Assembly: GCA_011045955.1 (NCBI GenBank)
Contig: DSBV01000095.1
Location: 285-64,284, forward strand
Length of the DNA stretch: 64,000 nt
Origin: Bacteroidales bacterium
GTDB taxonomy: Bacteria; Bacteroidota; Bacteroidia; Bacteroidales; Tenuifilaceae
Direction of reading: 5' to 3'
The notes below the pieces were generated by a model that was given only the letters and a program-made list of their open reading frames with translations, had not been told where the DNA came from and did not search any database. A program made the position numbers and the translations under genes. Of the stretch, positions 20,158 through 29,616 are shown in pieces; position 1 is the first letter of the stretch; each line of letters opens with the position of its first letter.

Positions 20158-20961
20158 ATGACAAATATGACTGCTAAAAAATCAATTTTGGTTCCTACTG
20201 ATTTTACTGAGGTTGCATGGTTTGCACTACAGCATGCCATAAGGGTTTCTGAAGTTGTAAAGGAGCCAATTCACATCCTACACTGTGTTCCGGAGCCAGA
20301 AAAACTTGCTGAAGTTGAAAACCGAATGGCTGAACTAATTGATTCTGTAAGGAGTAAATACGCTGTAACGCCAAAATCGATAGTTAAGGTAGGTAACTAC
20401 ATGACCGACATAGCATCAACCGCCGATGAAATAAATGCAAGTATGGTAATTATGGGCTCATCAACCGTAAAAGAGATGGATGAGCACAAGGTTTCGTGGG
20501 TGCTAAAGCTAATTACCGGTTGCAAGGTCCCTTTTATTACCATACAGGAACCACCGGTTAATAAGCGTTACGACGATATTGTTTTCCCCGTCGATTTCAC
20601 CCTTGAAAATAGGGAAAAACATGAATGGATATCATATTTCAGCGACTACTACCTCTCCCGTTTTCACATCATAAAGCCCAACACATCGGACCCCAGGCAA
20701 ATGGCACAAATTGATATAAACCTGGCTTCGGCCAAGAGATTTTTAGATGAAAGGGGCGCCAAGTACGTGGAGTACACCGTTCCCGGCATTAAGAAGTATG
20801 AGGAGGAGGTGCTCGATATGGCAGTTAACATAAGAGCTGACTTAATAATAATAATGACTACTCCCACCGACAAAGAAGGAAAATTTATTGTTGAGCCCGA
20901 GGAGCAGTACATTCTGGCCAATGCAAGGCATATACCTGTTATGAGCATCAATCCCCGATAA
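20158..20961 (+). CDS. Tandem universal stress protein (Usp), degenerate nucleotide loop
   Basis: ILVPTDFTEVAWFALQHA, IVFPVDF, ends IPVMSINP. Confidence 0.85.
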   Translation: MTNMTAKKSILVPTDFTEVAWFALQHAIRVSEVVKEPIHILHCVPEPEKLAEVENRMAELIDSVRSKYAVTPKSIVKVGNYMTDIASTADEINASMVIMGSSTVKEMDEHKVSWVLKLITGCKVPFITIQEPPVNKRYDDIVFPVDFTLENREKHEWISYFSDYYLSRFHIIKPNTSDPRQMAQIDINLASAKRFLDERGAKYVEYTVPGIKKYEEEVLDMAVNIRADLIIIMTTPTDKEGKFIVEPEEQYILANARHIPVMSINPR

Positions 20962-20970
20962 CTATTCGGT

Positions 20971-21564
20971 ATGGCTAGCAAAGTTTTGTCGCTTGTGTTT
21001 GCCACCAACAACTTACACAAGTTAAAGGAGGTACAACATGCTCTTGGCAATAGAGTTGCTCTGGTTACATTAAACGATGTTGGTATAACCGAAGATATAC
21101 CAGAGGATTATGATACCCTTCAGGAAAATGCCATACAAAAGGCACGCTACGTGTACAGCAGAACTGGGAAAAATTGCTTTGCCGACGATACAGGCCTTGA
21201 GGTAGAGGTGTTAAACTGGCAACCAGGTGTTTATAGTGCACGCTATGCAGGCGATGCAAAAAACCCAAAGGATAACATACGTAAATTGCTCAGTAATCTT
21301 AAAGGAGTTGAAAACCGAAAGGCTCGATTTAGAACTGTTGTCGCATTAATACTTAACGGCGAAGAGTATCTTTTTGAGGGAGTAGTTTGGGGGAAAATCA
21401 TTGACCAAGAACGGGGAGCCGATGGTTTTGGCTACGACCCCATTTTTGTTCCGAATGGCTTTACCGAAACATTTGCCGAAATGCCTTTATTGCTCAAAAA
21501 TAAAATAAGCCATAGGGGAAAAGCCGTTGAGGAGTTATGCAAATTCCTAAAAGGTAAGGTTTAG
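20971..21564 (+). CDS. rdgB: Non-canonical purine NTP pyrophosphatase (RdgB/HAM1)
   Basis: FATNNLHKLKE, ENAIQKA, ADDTGL, PGVYSARYAG, GFGYDPIF, KNKISHRGKA. Confidence 0.95.
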   Translation: MASKVLSLVFATNNLHKLKEVQHALGNRVALVTLNDVGITEDIPEDYDTLQENAIQKARYVYSRTGKNCFADDTGLEVEVLNWQPGVYSARYAGDAKNPKDNIRKLLSNLKGVENRKARFRTVVALILNGEEYLFEGVVWGKIIDQERGADGFGYDPIFVPNGFTETFAEMPLLLKNKISHRGKAVEELCKFLKGKV

Positions 21565-21627
21565 CAATATAAATCAATCTTTAATCGTTTACTCTTTAGT
21601 TACACCGGGTAACATAAATCTTTAGTT

Positions 21628-23928
21628 ATGGTAAAGAGGATATATATCCTTTTATCCTTTATGTTTGTGGGTATTGGCAAGGGCTACGCTCAACCTCCCA
21701 CTGGGCAATGGCGCGATTACTTTGCCTTTAACGATGCCCGTGTGCTTAGCATTAGCCCTTCAAAGCTTTACTGTGCAGCAGCGAATGGCTATTTTACCTA
21801 CGATAAAGGTAACGGGGAGCTCAACAAGTACTCAACGGTTAACGGTTTAAGTGAGGTTGATATTACTGCAGTATCAGCAATACCGCAAAAGCATATAACG
21901 TTTGTTGGATACAAATCTGGCAATATTGATGTAGTAAATGAAAACACCCAGCGAGTTGTTAGTTTACCATACATTAAGGATAAACCCATGCTGGGCAGCA
22001 AGTGCATTAACCATTTTTACTACTATAATTCATTGGTATACGTATCTACCGATTTTGGTATAGTGGTAATTGACCCCGATAGGCTTGAGGTTAGGGATAC
22101 TTACTTTATTGTTGAAAATGCTGGCACCATAAAGGTTAACAGGTTAGTTGCCTGGAATGGAAAGTTTTGGGCAGCCACCAGTCAGGGCGTTTACAGCGCA
22201 AATATAAACGACCCTTTGCTAATCAGCTATGAACGTTGGAGCAGGGAGCAATTTTTTAATCACCCTGCAGCAGAATGCCTTGGAGTTACTGCTGATGAAA
22301 CCTACTTGCTGGCTTTAGAAAAGGTTAGCGGTAACGATATTCTATGGATGAATTCCGGTTTAGGCTGGGTTGAGGTTGATAGACCTTTTGATGAAACCCT
22401 TGGAGTATCCATAGGCTTTCAGAAAATAGTTGCCTTTAGCAGTAATGCCATTCAGAAATATAGCTTGCAGGGCGAGAAGTTAGAACTTATTAGCAGTTAC
22501 CTTTTTGGTGGCACTCCCAAAATTGCCGATTGTATACTGCTTGAAAACAATGCTTTGGCTGTTGCCGATGAATTTAATGGTTTAGTGATTCTCTCACCCG
22601 ATAGCCATAGCGTTCTTTCCCCCATGGGGCCATTCAACAATAAGTTTTTCCATATCGATGCAAGCGCTAACATGGTAGTGGCTGCCTCAGGGGCATACGA
22701 TGCTGCTTTCGGAAATTTCTGGAATCCATTTATTGCACACACCTTTTCCGAGGGCAGATGGTCGTACTATGCTGATTGGTTTAATCACGATGCGGTTAGG
22801 GTGAAGGCAGATCCCCGAAACCCGAATGCTTTTTTTGTTGCAAGCTGGGGCGGAGGCCTGTATAAACTTAATAGTGGAACCCTAGCCGAGCACTATAACC
22901 CCGATAACAGCACCCTGCAGAGTGTGTTTCCCGGACAGCCATACTGTAGAATAGCCGGTATGGATATTGACGCCAAGGGAAACCTTTGGGTTGCTAATTC
23001 TGAGGTTCCAAATCCTATATCGGTGCTAACGGCACAGGGGGTATGGAAGTCGTTTCCGTATTACACCGCAATTGGAACGTCAAGGATAATTTCGCTTACT
23101 GTTTCGCCAAATGGGATAATTTGGTTAGCTCTGGCTCGCGATAATGGATTGTTCGCCCTAAACCCAGGAAACGATGTGGAGAGCGCAAACGATGATATCT
23201 ACCTTAAGTTTCGTCCTCGCGATGCTAATGGAAATACATTTCCCAATGAGATTACAGCGCTTGCTTTTGACAGGGATGGCTATTTGTGGTTGGGTACCAA
23301 CCAGGGTGTTCTGGTGAGCTACAACCCGCAAAGGGTGTTACAGGGCGAAACTCGTTTCCAAAAAATAAAAATACCCGATGTGGTGGAAGGCCTGGCAGTT
23401 TACCTTTTGGAGACCGAGGAGATTACCTGCGTTGATGTTGATGGAGGCAACCGCAAGTGGTTTGGAACAGCTAAATCGGGGGTTTACCTTTTTTCGGCTG
23501 ATGGAACCAAACAGATTCATCATTTTAACACCAAGAATAGTCCTCTGCCATCAAACGCCATTTTAAGTGTTAAAGCGCATCCGCTTACCGGTGAGGTGTT
23601 TATTGCCACCGATAAGGGGTTGGTTGCCTACCGTAGCGATGCCAGCCAGCCGGCTAAGACATTTGATAAGGTATATGTCTTTCCCAATCCGGTTCGCCCT
23701 AACTATGCCGGTCTTATCACCATAGCCGGACTTATGGACAATAGCGTGGTAAAAATTACCGATATCGCAGGCAATATTGTTTATGAGACCCGCTCAAACG
23801 GAGGTATAGCAACTTGGGATGGAAAAAATAGGAACGGGCAGAGAGCTGCCACAGGCGTTTACCTAGTTTTCTGTTCCGACTCCCGTGGTGAGCAAGCTGC
23901 GGTTACCAAACTTCTTTTTGTTAAATAG
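21628..23928 (+). CDS. porZ: T9SS component PorZ (two beta-propellers plus T9SS CTD)
   Basis: GQWRDYF start, repeated propeller motifs (DAKGNLWVAN, DRDGYLWLGT, VDGGNRKWFGT), CTD VYVFPNPVR...WDGKN...GVYLVF...KLLFVK. Confidence 0.85.
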   Translation: MVKRIYILLSFMFVGIGKGYAQPPTGQWRDYFAFNDARVLSISPSKLYCAAANGYFTYDKGNGELNKYSTVNGLSEVDITAVSAIPQKHITFVGYKSGNIDVVNENTQRVVSLPYIKDKPMLGSKCINHFYYYNSLVYVSTDFGIVVIDPDRLEVRDTYFIVENAGTIKVNRLVAWNGKFWAATSQGVYSANINDPLLISYERWSREQFFNHPAAECLGVTADETYLLALEKVSGNDILWMNSGLGWVEVDRPFDETLGVSIGFQKIVAFSSNAIQKYSLQGEKLELISSYLFGGTPKIADCILLENNALAVADEFNGLVILSPDSHSVLSPMGPFNNKFFHIDASANMVVAASGAYDAAFGNFWNPFIAHTFSEGRWSYYADWFNHDAVRVKADPRNPNAFFVASWGGGLYKLNSGTLAEHYNPDNSTLQSVFPGQPYCRIAGMDIDAKGNLWVANSEVPNPISVLTAQGVWKSFPYYTAIGTSRIISLTVSPNGIIWLALARDNGLFALNPGNDVESANDDIYLKFRPRDANGNTFPNEITALAFDRDGYLWLGTNQGVLVSYNPQRVLQGETRFQKIKIPDVVEGLAVYLLETEEITCVDVDGGNRKWFGTAKSGVYLFSADGTKQIHHFNTKNSPLPSNAILSVKAHPLTGEVFIATDKGLVAYRSDASQPAKTFDKVYVFPNPVRPNYAGLITIAGLMDNSVVKITDIAGNIVYETRSNGGIATWDGKNRNGQRAATGVYLVFCSDSRGEQAAVTKLLFVK

Positions 23929-23932
23929 GCAC

Positions 23933-24661
23933 ATGCTACAGCACAACAGGGTAATTGTACTTAGGACTGTAAGGTTTAAAGAGAATAGCCTGATAGTTAG
24001 CTGTTACGCACAAAAGCATGGGCGTATCACTCTGTTGGTAAATAGCGCTTTCCCTAAGGGGAAAAAAATAGGGTTGAATGTTTACTTTCAGCCCCTATCC
24101 ATTCTCGATGTGGTTTACTACTATCGTCCTAACGCTGAGATGTACAGGGTAAAAGAGGTTACCCCTACATATGCATACACCAGCCTACACCTAAACCCCA
24201 TTAAGCTCACAATTACTATTTTTCTCAGCGAGTTAATTTACCGTACAGTTAGAGAACAGGAGACAAATCAGCATCTCTTCGCCTTTATTGAAAATTCAGT
24301 ACAAATGCTCGATAACCTCAATACCGGTGTAGCAAACTTTCATCTGATTTTTATGGTGCAGCTTTCGCGGTATTTAGGGTTTTACCCATTGAATCGATGG
24401 AGCCCGGCAGAACCCTACTTCGACATTAAAAACGGTGATTTTTGTGGGGTAGAACCCGCTCACGGTTTTGTGCTTGAGAAGCAAACCAGCAAGTTACTGA
24501 GTAATTTGATAAATACTCCCATGCACAATCCTGAAAAGCTGAGTTTAAATCAAAATCAGCGGCAAGTACTTATTGAGGCCGTTGCATCGTTTTATCGCTT
24601 TCACCTTGGTTCCGGAATACGTTTCAGAACCTTACCAATACTTATCCAGCTATTCGAATAG
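23933..24661 (+). CDS. recO: DNA repair protein RecO
   Basis: IVLRTVRFKENSLIV, FQPLSIL, LSRYLGFYP, FDIKNGDF; ATG at 23933. Confidence 0.88.
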   Translation: MLQHNRVIVLRTVRFKENSLIVSCYAQKHGRITLLVNSAFPKGKKIGLNVYFQPLSILDVVYYYRPNAEMYRVKEVTPTYAYTSLHLNPIKLTITIFLSELIYRTVREQETNQHLFAFIENSVQMLDNLNTGVANFHLIFMVQLSRYLGFYPLNRWSPAEPYFDIKNGDFCGVEPAHGFVLEKQTSKLLSNLINTPMHNPEKLSLNQNQRQVLIEAVASFYRFHLGSGIRFRTLPILIQLFE

Positions 24662-24758
24662 TTGCTTTCATCAAGTAAACCTTGCATTCTATCAAAATTG
24701 ATATGATAATTGAAAAACTATTTGTAATTTGTAAAATACAATGATTGTTTGAAAAACT

Positions 24759-25883
24759 ATGACCCAAAAGATAGGAGAAATATCAACATTGAGTGACGAT
24801 AGCTTGCAAAAGCTAATTAAGGAAAGTGGGGCCATCAATATGACATCGCTTTTACCTAGCGAAAAGGGATTTCAAGAGTTTTTCGATAGTAATGTTGACA
24901 TATACAACTTTGGTATGGACTTTCTTGAAAACATCAATCCCTACCAAAAACTCTCGAATTATACCCTTAAAAAGTACTTTAGGGCAATCAACCCTGAAAC
25001 AGAAATTGCCTTTGTAGGTGGAGTAAATCTGGCTGTATTTTTAGCCATTGCGTCGAGCGTTAAGGATGGTGATAGTGTAATTGTGTTCGAGCCCTTTACT
25101 TCTAACCTAAAAGCCGCGGTTGAACTTTGTGGTGCTCGCCCGGTATATATTCCGTTAAAAGGTCCCGAGTTTAAAATTGATTGGTGCGAGGTTCAGCGTG
25201 CCATTAACGCTACAACTAAACTCATGGTTATATCATCGCCTCACCTTTTAACCGGACAAGCTTTAACCGCTGAGGACTATGAAGAACTGCAAAGATTAAT
25301 CAACGGTACCAAAATCAAGCTCGTTATCAACGAGTCGATGGTCGAGCTGGGTTATAAAAACCATGAAGGAACCAGCGTGAATTTCTATCCGAGGCTATGC
25401 CAGGTAACTTACCGAGTGGGTTCGCTTAACATTCCGGTTGCTTTAGCCGATAGTGAAATAGCATACTGTATTGCACCCGAGCAGTTAATGGCTACATATA
25501 GGAATATCCATTCAGCAATTGCCGCTAATCCTAACCTTAGCCGAGCCGAAGATTATATCAATATTCTGAGCGTCGAGATAGAAGGGCATATGCTAGCCGA
25601 TTTTTTGGAAGAGAACTATAAAAAACTACTGGAAGCACTAAAGGAAAGCAAATTTCAACCCATTAGGCAAACGGCTGGGTATATGGTAATGATTGGCTAC
25701 AAGAATTATGCCGATATCCGTGATGTTGAAATGGTGGAAAAGTTGATTGTTGAAAAAGGCGTTGGCCTTTTGCCGCTTTCATGGTTCTACCACGACAGGC
25801 AGTGCCATCGATATGTGGCAATGAATATCACATTACCGCAAAATGAATTTAGAGAGGCCATAGACCGATTGGCGAGCCTGTAA
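24759..25883 (+). CDS. Fold-type I aminotransferase homolog (YbdL-like) lacking catalytic residues; probable pseudoenzyme
   Basis: Colinear with class I/II aminotransferases (AINMT, GDSVIVFEP, GARPVYIPL, YCIAP, GVGLLPLSWF), but SFGK is SLNI, DEVY is NESM, HNP is HLL, and the substrate Arg is Ala. Confidence 0.8.
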   Translation: MTQKIGEISTLSDDSLQKLIKESGAINMTSLLPSEKGFQEFFDSNVDIYNFGMDFLENINPYQKLSNYTLKKYFRAINPETEIAFVGGVNLAVFLAIASSVKDGDSVIVFEPFTSNLKAAVELCGARPVYIPLKGPEFKIDWCEVQRAINATTKLMVISSPHLLTGQALTAEDYEELQRLINGTKIKLVINESMVELGYKNHEGTSVNFYPRLCQVTYRVGSLNIPVALADSEIAYCIAPEQLMATYRNIHSAIAANPNLSRAEDYINILSVEIEGHMLADFLEENYKKLLEALKESKFQPIRQTAGYMVMIGYKNYADIRDVEMVEKLIVEKGVGLLPLSWFYHDRQCHRYVAMNITLPQNEFREAIDRLASL

Positions 25884-25974
25884 TTAAGCATAAATGCTAG
25901 TGCGTACAAATGATGTTTAAAAATGGCTAAGATTTAATTCCTTAGACATTTTTGCATATCATATACATAGCCAT

Positions 25975-26823
25975 TTAAGGTAATTTAAACCTCTCGCCAG
26001 GTAAAAGGACATCAATTTTAAGTCCTTTGGCCCCAAGCAGCGAATTGCTAGGGTTCAGTTTGGCTTTGGACGCATCAACCAAAATCACTTGGCCTACACC
26101 GCAAACAGTTACACTATCGCCTGAAATGAGCAGTGCAGTAGATTCGTCAATACCGGCACAAAGATAATCAGGATTTTCAATGCTTACAGCAATAAGCCTG
26201 TTCAGTCGTTCACGTTTTACAAAGTGTTGGTCAACAATTACCTTTTTTACTAATCCTAGCCCATCGGTTATCTCAATATTTTTGGGAACAATATGGCTAT
26301 ACCTATCATCATCGGGGAATTTGTGTTGTCGGCCACTAATCATTAGCTTGCTCATTACTGCAGCGCCAGCGCTGGTACCAGCAATAACTGCTCCGTTATG
26401 GTAAGCGTAAACTATAGTTTCCTGTATAGTGGTGCCACCCACAATATCCATAAACTTTTTTTGATCGCCACCAGAGATATAAATCAGCGAAGCCTTTTTA
26501 AGGGTGTCAACCCATCACTGTTTAATACTATCGCCCTTTTGAAAAATAATTGATAGGGTATTATTAATGCCCCGGTCAGTAAACTGCTTGGTGGCGTAGT
26601 AAGCAGCGCTATCGGGCTCTTCGCTTGCCATGGGAAGCACAACGAGGTATTTCTTTTCCTTCAGGTTGGCAAGATTAACGATTTGCTTAACCATTGCATC
26701 GGGGCGCTTCCCTCTTCCAATAATATAGAGTTTACCTTTTCTAGCATTTTGCTGAGTGCATTTCAGGAACGAAAGCGACACTATACCAAGTAGTAGGTAT
26801 AAAAGGATGTTTTTTTCTGTCAT
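25975..26823 (-). pseudogene. Secreted cyanophycinase (peptidase S51) interrupted by one in-frame TGA
   Basis: The two track ORFs are in the same frame: ...GDSIKQ*WVDTLKKASLIYISGGDQ...; stop at 26515-26517. Catalytic GTSAG, DQHF and IDES motifs are retained. N-terminal signal peptide. Confidence 0.85.
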
Positions 26824-27025
26824 ATTCAAAGTTTTTTAATAATACAATTAAACAGGGGAATACACTTAATCGCAAAAAAATTATTTTTCTAAATGTTGTT
26901 AGAACAGAATTAATAAGATGATTTAAAATTCAAGTAGCCATCCAGGCTAAAAAAGAATCAACCCATTAAGAGATAGCTAAAAGTTGGGTGTATGTATAGT
27001 AACCTAACTTTAAAATTTAATGCCT

Positions 27026-29052
27026 ATGAAGTCGAAAATTTTACTCACCACTCTGTTTGTAGCCATAGTAGGGGCAACTTTTGCTCAGCCGCTTTACTGG
27101 CGCGAGGATCTGTACGATCCACAAAAACTTCAACCATAACTCGCGATAATTCTGTTAAAAGCGAGGGTGATTATTCACTCAAGTATGTTTTTACCGACGA
27201 CGGAACACCCTACTTTATATGCGACACCTTTGCAGTGACAGGAGGCGCAACCTATGAATTATCAATAGATTACCTGGATAACGATCCAGCCTGTAAAATC
27301 TCAGCGAGGTTGTGGTTCTTCTCCGCCCCAAACACCTCATACCTTGAGCGCCAAACCAGCAAAACAACAACCGACTCGGGCGACTGGCAAACCATAACTA
27401 TCTCGGGAACAGTTCCAACAACTGCAACCCTTGCATATGTGGACATACGCATGAGTACCGATGCAGCCTGGGCGGGTAGTGGTACATTCTGGGCCGATAA
27501 TGCCCGTTACTTTGAGAATGGTGGTACTACAAACCTGATAAAGAATGGAAGTTTTGAGGAGTGGGAAGCTCCAACCGAACCCGAATTCTTAACCTATAAG
27601 TTTGAGGGTTTAAATCCGGTAGTTACGGGTGTTATTGATAAAACTGCCAAAACCGTTGAGGCAACAGTCCCTTATGCTACTGAAGTTACAAGCCTTGTAG
27701 CATCGTTTACCACCAATGGTGCTACAGTAAAGGTTAACGATGTGGTTCAGGAAAGTGGTGTTACTCCAAACGACTTTTCGTCCCCTGTAACCTATACGCT
27801 TGAACTTGGCTCAGTGATTAACAACTGGGTTGTAACGGTAAATAAAGTTGCTCCTGCTACCAGAAAAGATATTCTTTCGTTCAAATTCGAAGGGCTTACA
27901 CCTCCTGTTACCGGTGTTATTAATGCTGCTGAGCACAAGGTTACCGCCGAGGTTCCGTTCTCAACCGATTTAACAGCCCTTGTGCCAACCATTACCGTAT
28001 CACAGTATGCTACCATATCGCCTGCAAGTGGTGAGGCTCAAAATTTCACAAACCCTGTTATCTATACCGTAACAGCTCAGGATGGTTCAACACAGGATTG
28101 GATAGTAACCGTAACCAAGGCTGCTGAGGGTCGAACCACTTTGCTTTTTGAGGATTTTGAAAATAAAGTATTAATTCCTTCCGGGTGGGTACTGATTAAT
28201 GGCGATGGCTATACTTAAGCACCAGGCGAAGAGCGTTGGCAAGATAGCGCCTGGGTGGCTGCAACAACCAATCGTCAGGAGTTAAAAGAAACCCAGGTTG
28301 CAATGGCTTCATCGTACACCAGCGATATGCCTATGGATGGCAAGGCATACGACTGGATGATTTTACCTAAGGTAGATTTGGGTAATAATACTACCATTGC
28401 ATGGCAGGCCATGTCAACCACAACCTCGGGCAACTATCCCGATGATTACATGGTAGTAATTGCTCCCGCAGTGGATGGTGTTAATCCTACCATTTGTTAA
28501 TTTAAAACAGAAGGCAATATATTGCTTGAGGTTAAGCCGGAGAGCTGGTCGTAGTATGTTGGGCGTCCTGGCCAGGGTTTGGCTACCTGCTCAATCAACT
28601 TGCGTAATGCAAAAACAGCAAGTGCTCCCGATGGTTGGTTCAACCGTCCGGTTTGGATTGCTTTTGTACTGATTACCGACCTTTATGTAAATCCCGATAC
28701 CGGAATTCCCAACAGTTCCCCCGGTGGTTCAAACCTTGCGGTTGATAATATCCATATATACAACGATGTTCTTAGCGGAATTAGCGATAATACTAAGAAC
28801 ATGCTTAATACCCTTGTTTACCCCAACCCAGCTTTCGAAAAAGCAACAATTCTCATTCCCACTCAACTGGGAGGAATGGTTGAAATTTTTGTAACCGATA
28901 TTGTAGGGCGAATGGTTTACAGCGTTTCCATTAACGCTACCGAAAATCAAACCCGACTAAATTTTGAAACAAATAACTGGGGTGCTGGAATTTACATGGT
29001 TAAAACCACTTATCGTGACACAACCGGTATTAATAAGCTAGTTGTTAGGTAG
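27026..29052 (+). pseudogene. T9SS-secreted multidomain protein (CBM-like, two DUF5018/Ig-like repeats, cleaved-adhesin-like domain, CTD), disrupted
   Basis: Signal peptide MKSKILLTTLFVAIVGATFA-Q in frame 2, a frameshift near the A5 run at about 27123-27127, then one frame with stops at 28216-18 (TAA), 28498-500 (TAA) and 28552-54 (TAG). CTD LVYPNPA...GIYMVK...KLVVR. Confidence 0.85.
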
Positions 29053-29068
29053 ACCTTCACTTTGACCC

Positions 29069-29106
29069 AAATAAAAGGGCTACCAATAAGGTAGCCCTTT
29101 TTATTT
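29069..29106. terminator. Bidirectional intrinsic terminator
   Basis: AAAAGGGCTACC-AATAA-GGTAGCCCTTTT, perfect stem with A/T tails, between convergent genes. Confidence 0.85.
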
Positions 29107-29428
29107 AATACTTGTTAACCATTTCCGCTTAAGGGGAATGAAATGTATACACATATTACGATAAATGACTAATTTTACCTGTCAATAAATGTCGAACTTT
29201 TGTGTATTTGAACGCTGTGAATAAAGAATTTGCGTGTATTTCGGTTCGACAAGGATGAAGCAAAAGGGTTTATGGAATCCAAACTTATAGTTGCAACGTT
29301 TTGCAAACTTTTAAGCCGCACAACATACCATTAACTGTTAGGTGCTTATTCTGTAATATGGTTAACTTTACTTTAAGAAAAAGCATTAAAATTGTAGTGC
29401 TGATGCGTTCGGGAGGTGCAATGGAACT

Positions 29429-29582
29429 CAGATGACGCAGATTGTCCAGATATTTACTGTGTTACCCTGTGTTAAACTCTGTGTAACTCTGTGATACTAA
29501 TAAAACTGACTGGATATCGTTAATATTATTCCAATTTATTCCGAGTCATCCCACCTCATTCCGTCTCATTCCGACCCTTCCT
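29429..29582. repeat. Mosaic of short-period degenerate direct repeats
   Basis: CAGAT x3 at 9-bp period (29429, 29438, 29447); CTGTG x4 (29457, 29467, 29479, 29489); ATTCC-like x6 at 10-bp period (29528, 29538, 29548, 29558, 29568, 29577). Confidence 0.75.
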
Positions 29583-29616
29583 GCAGCCTAGCTCTTGCTC
29601 CCTTCCTCAATAAGCC

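Noticed and set aside
29429-29582. CRISPR array
   Set aside because: The units are about 5-nt cores at 9-12-nt period with no 25-40-nt repeats or spacers, and there are no cas genes.
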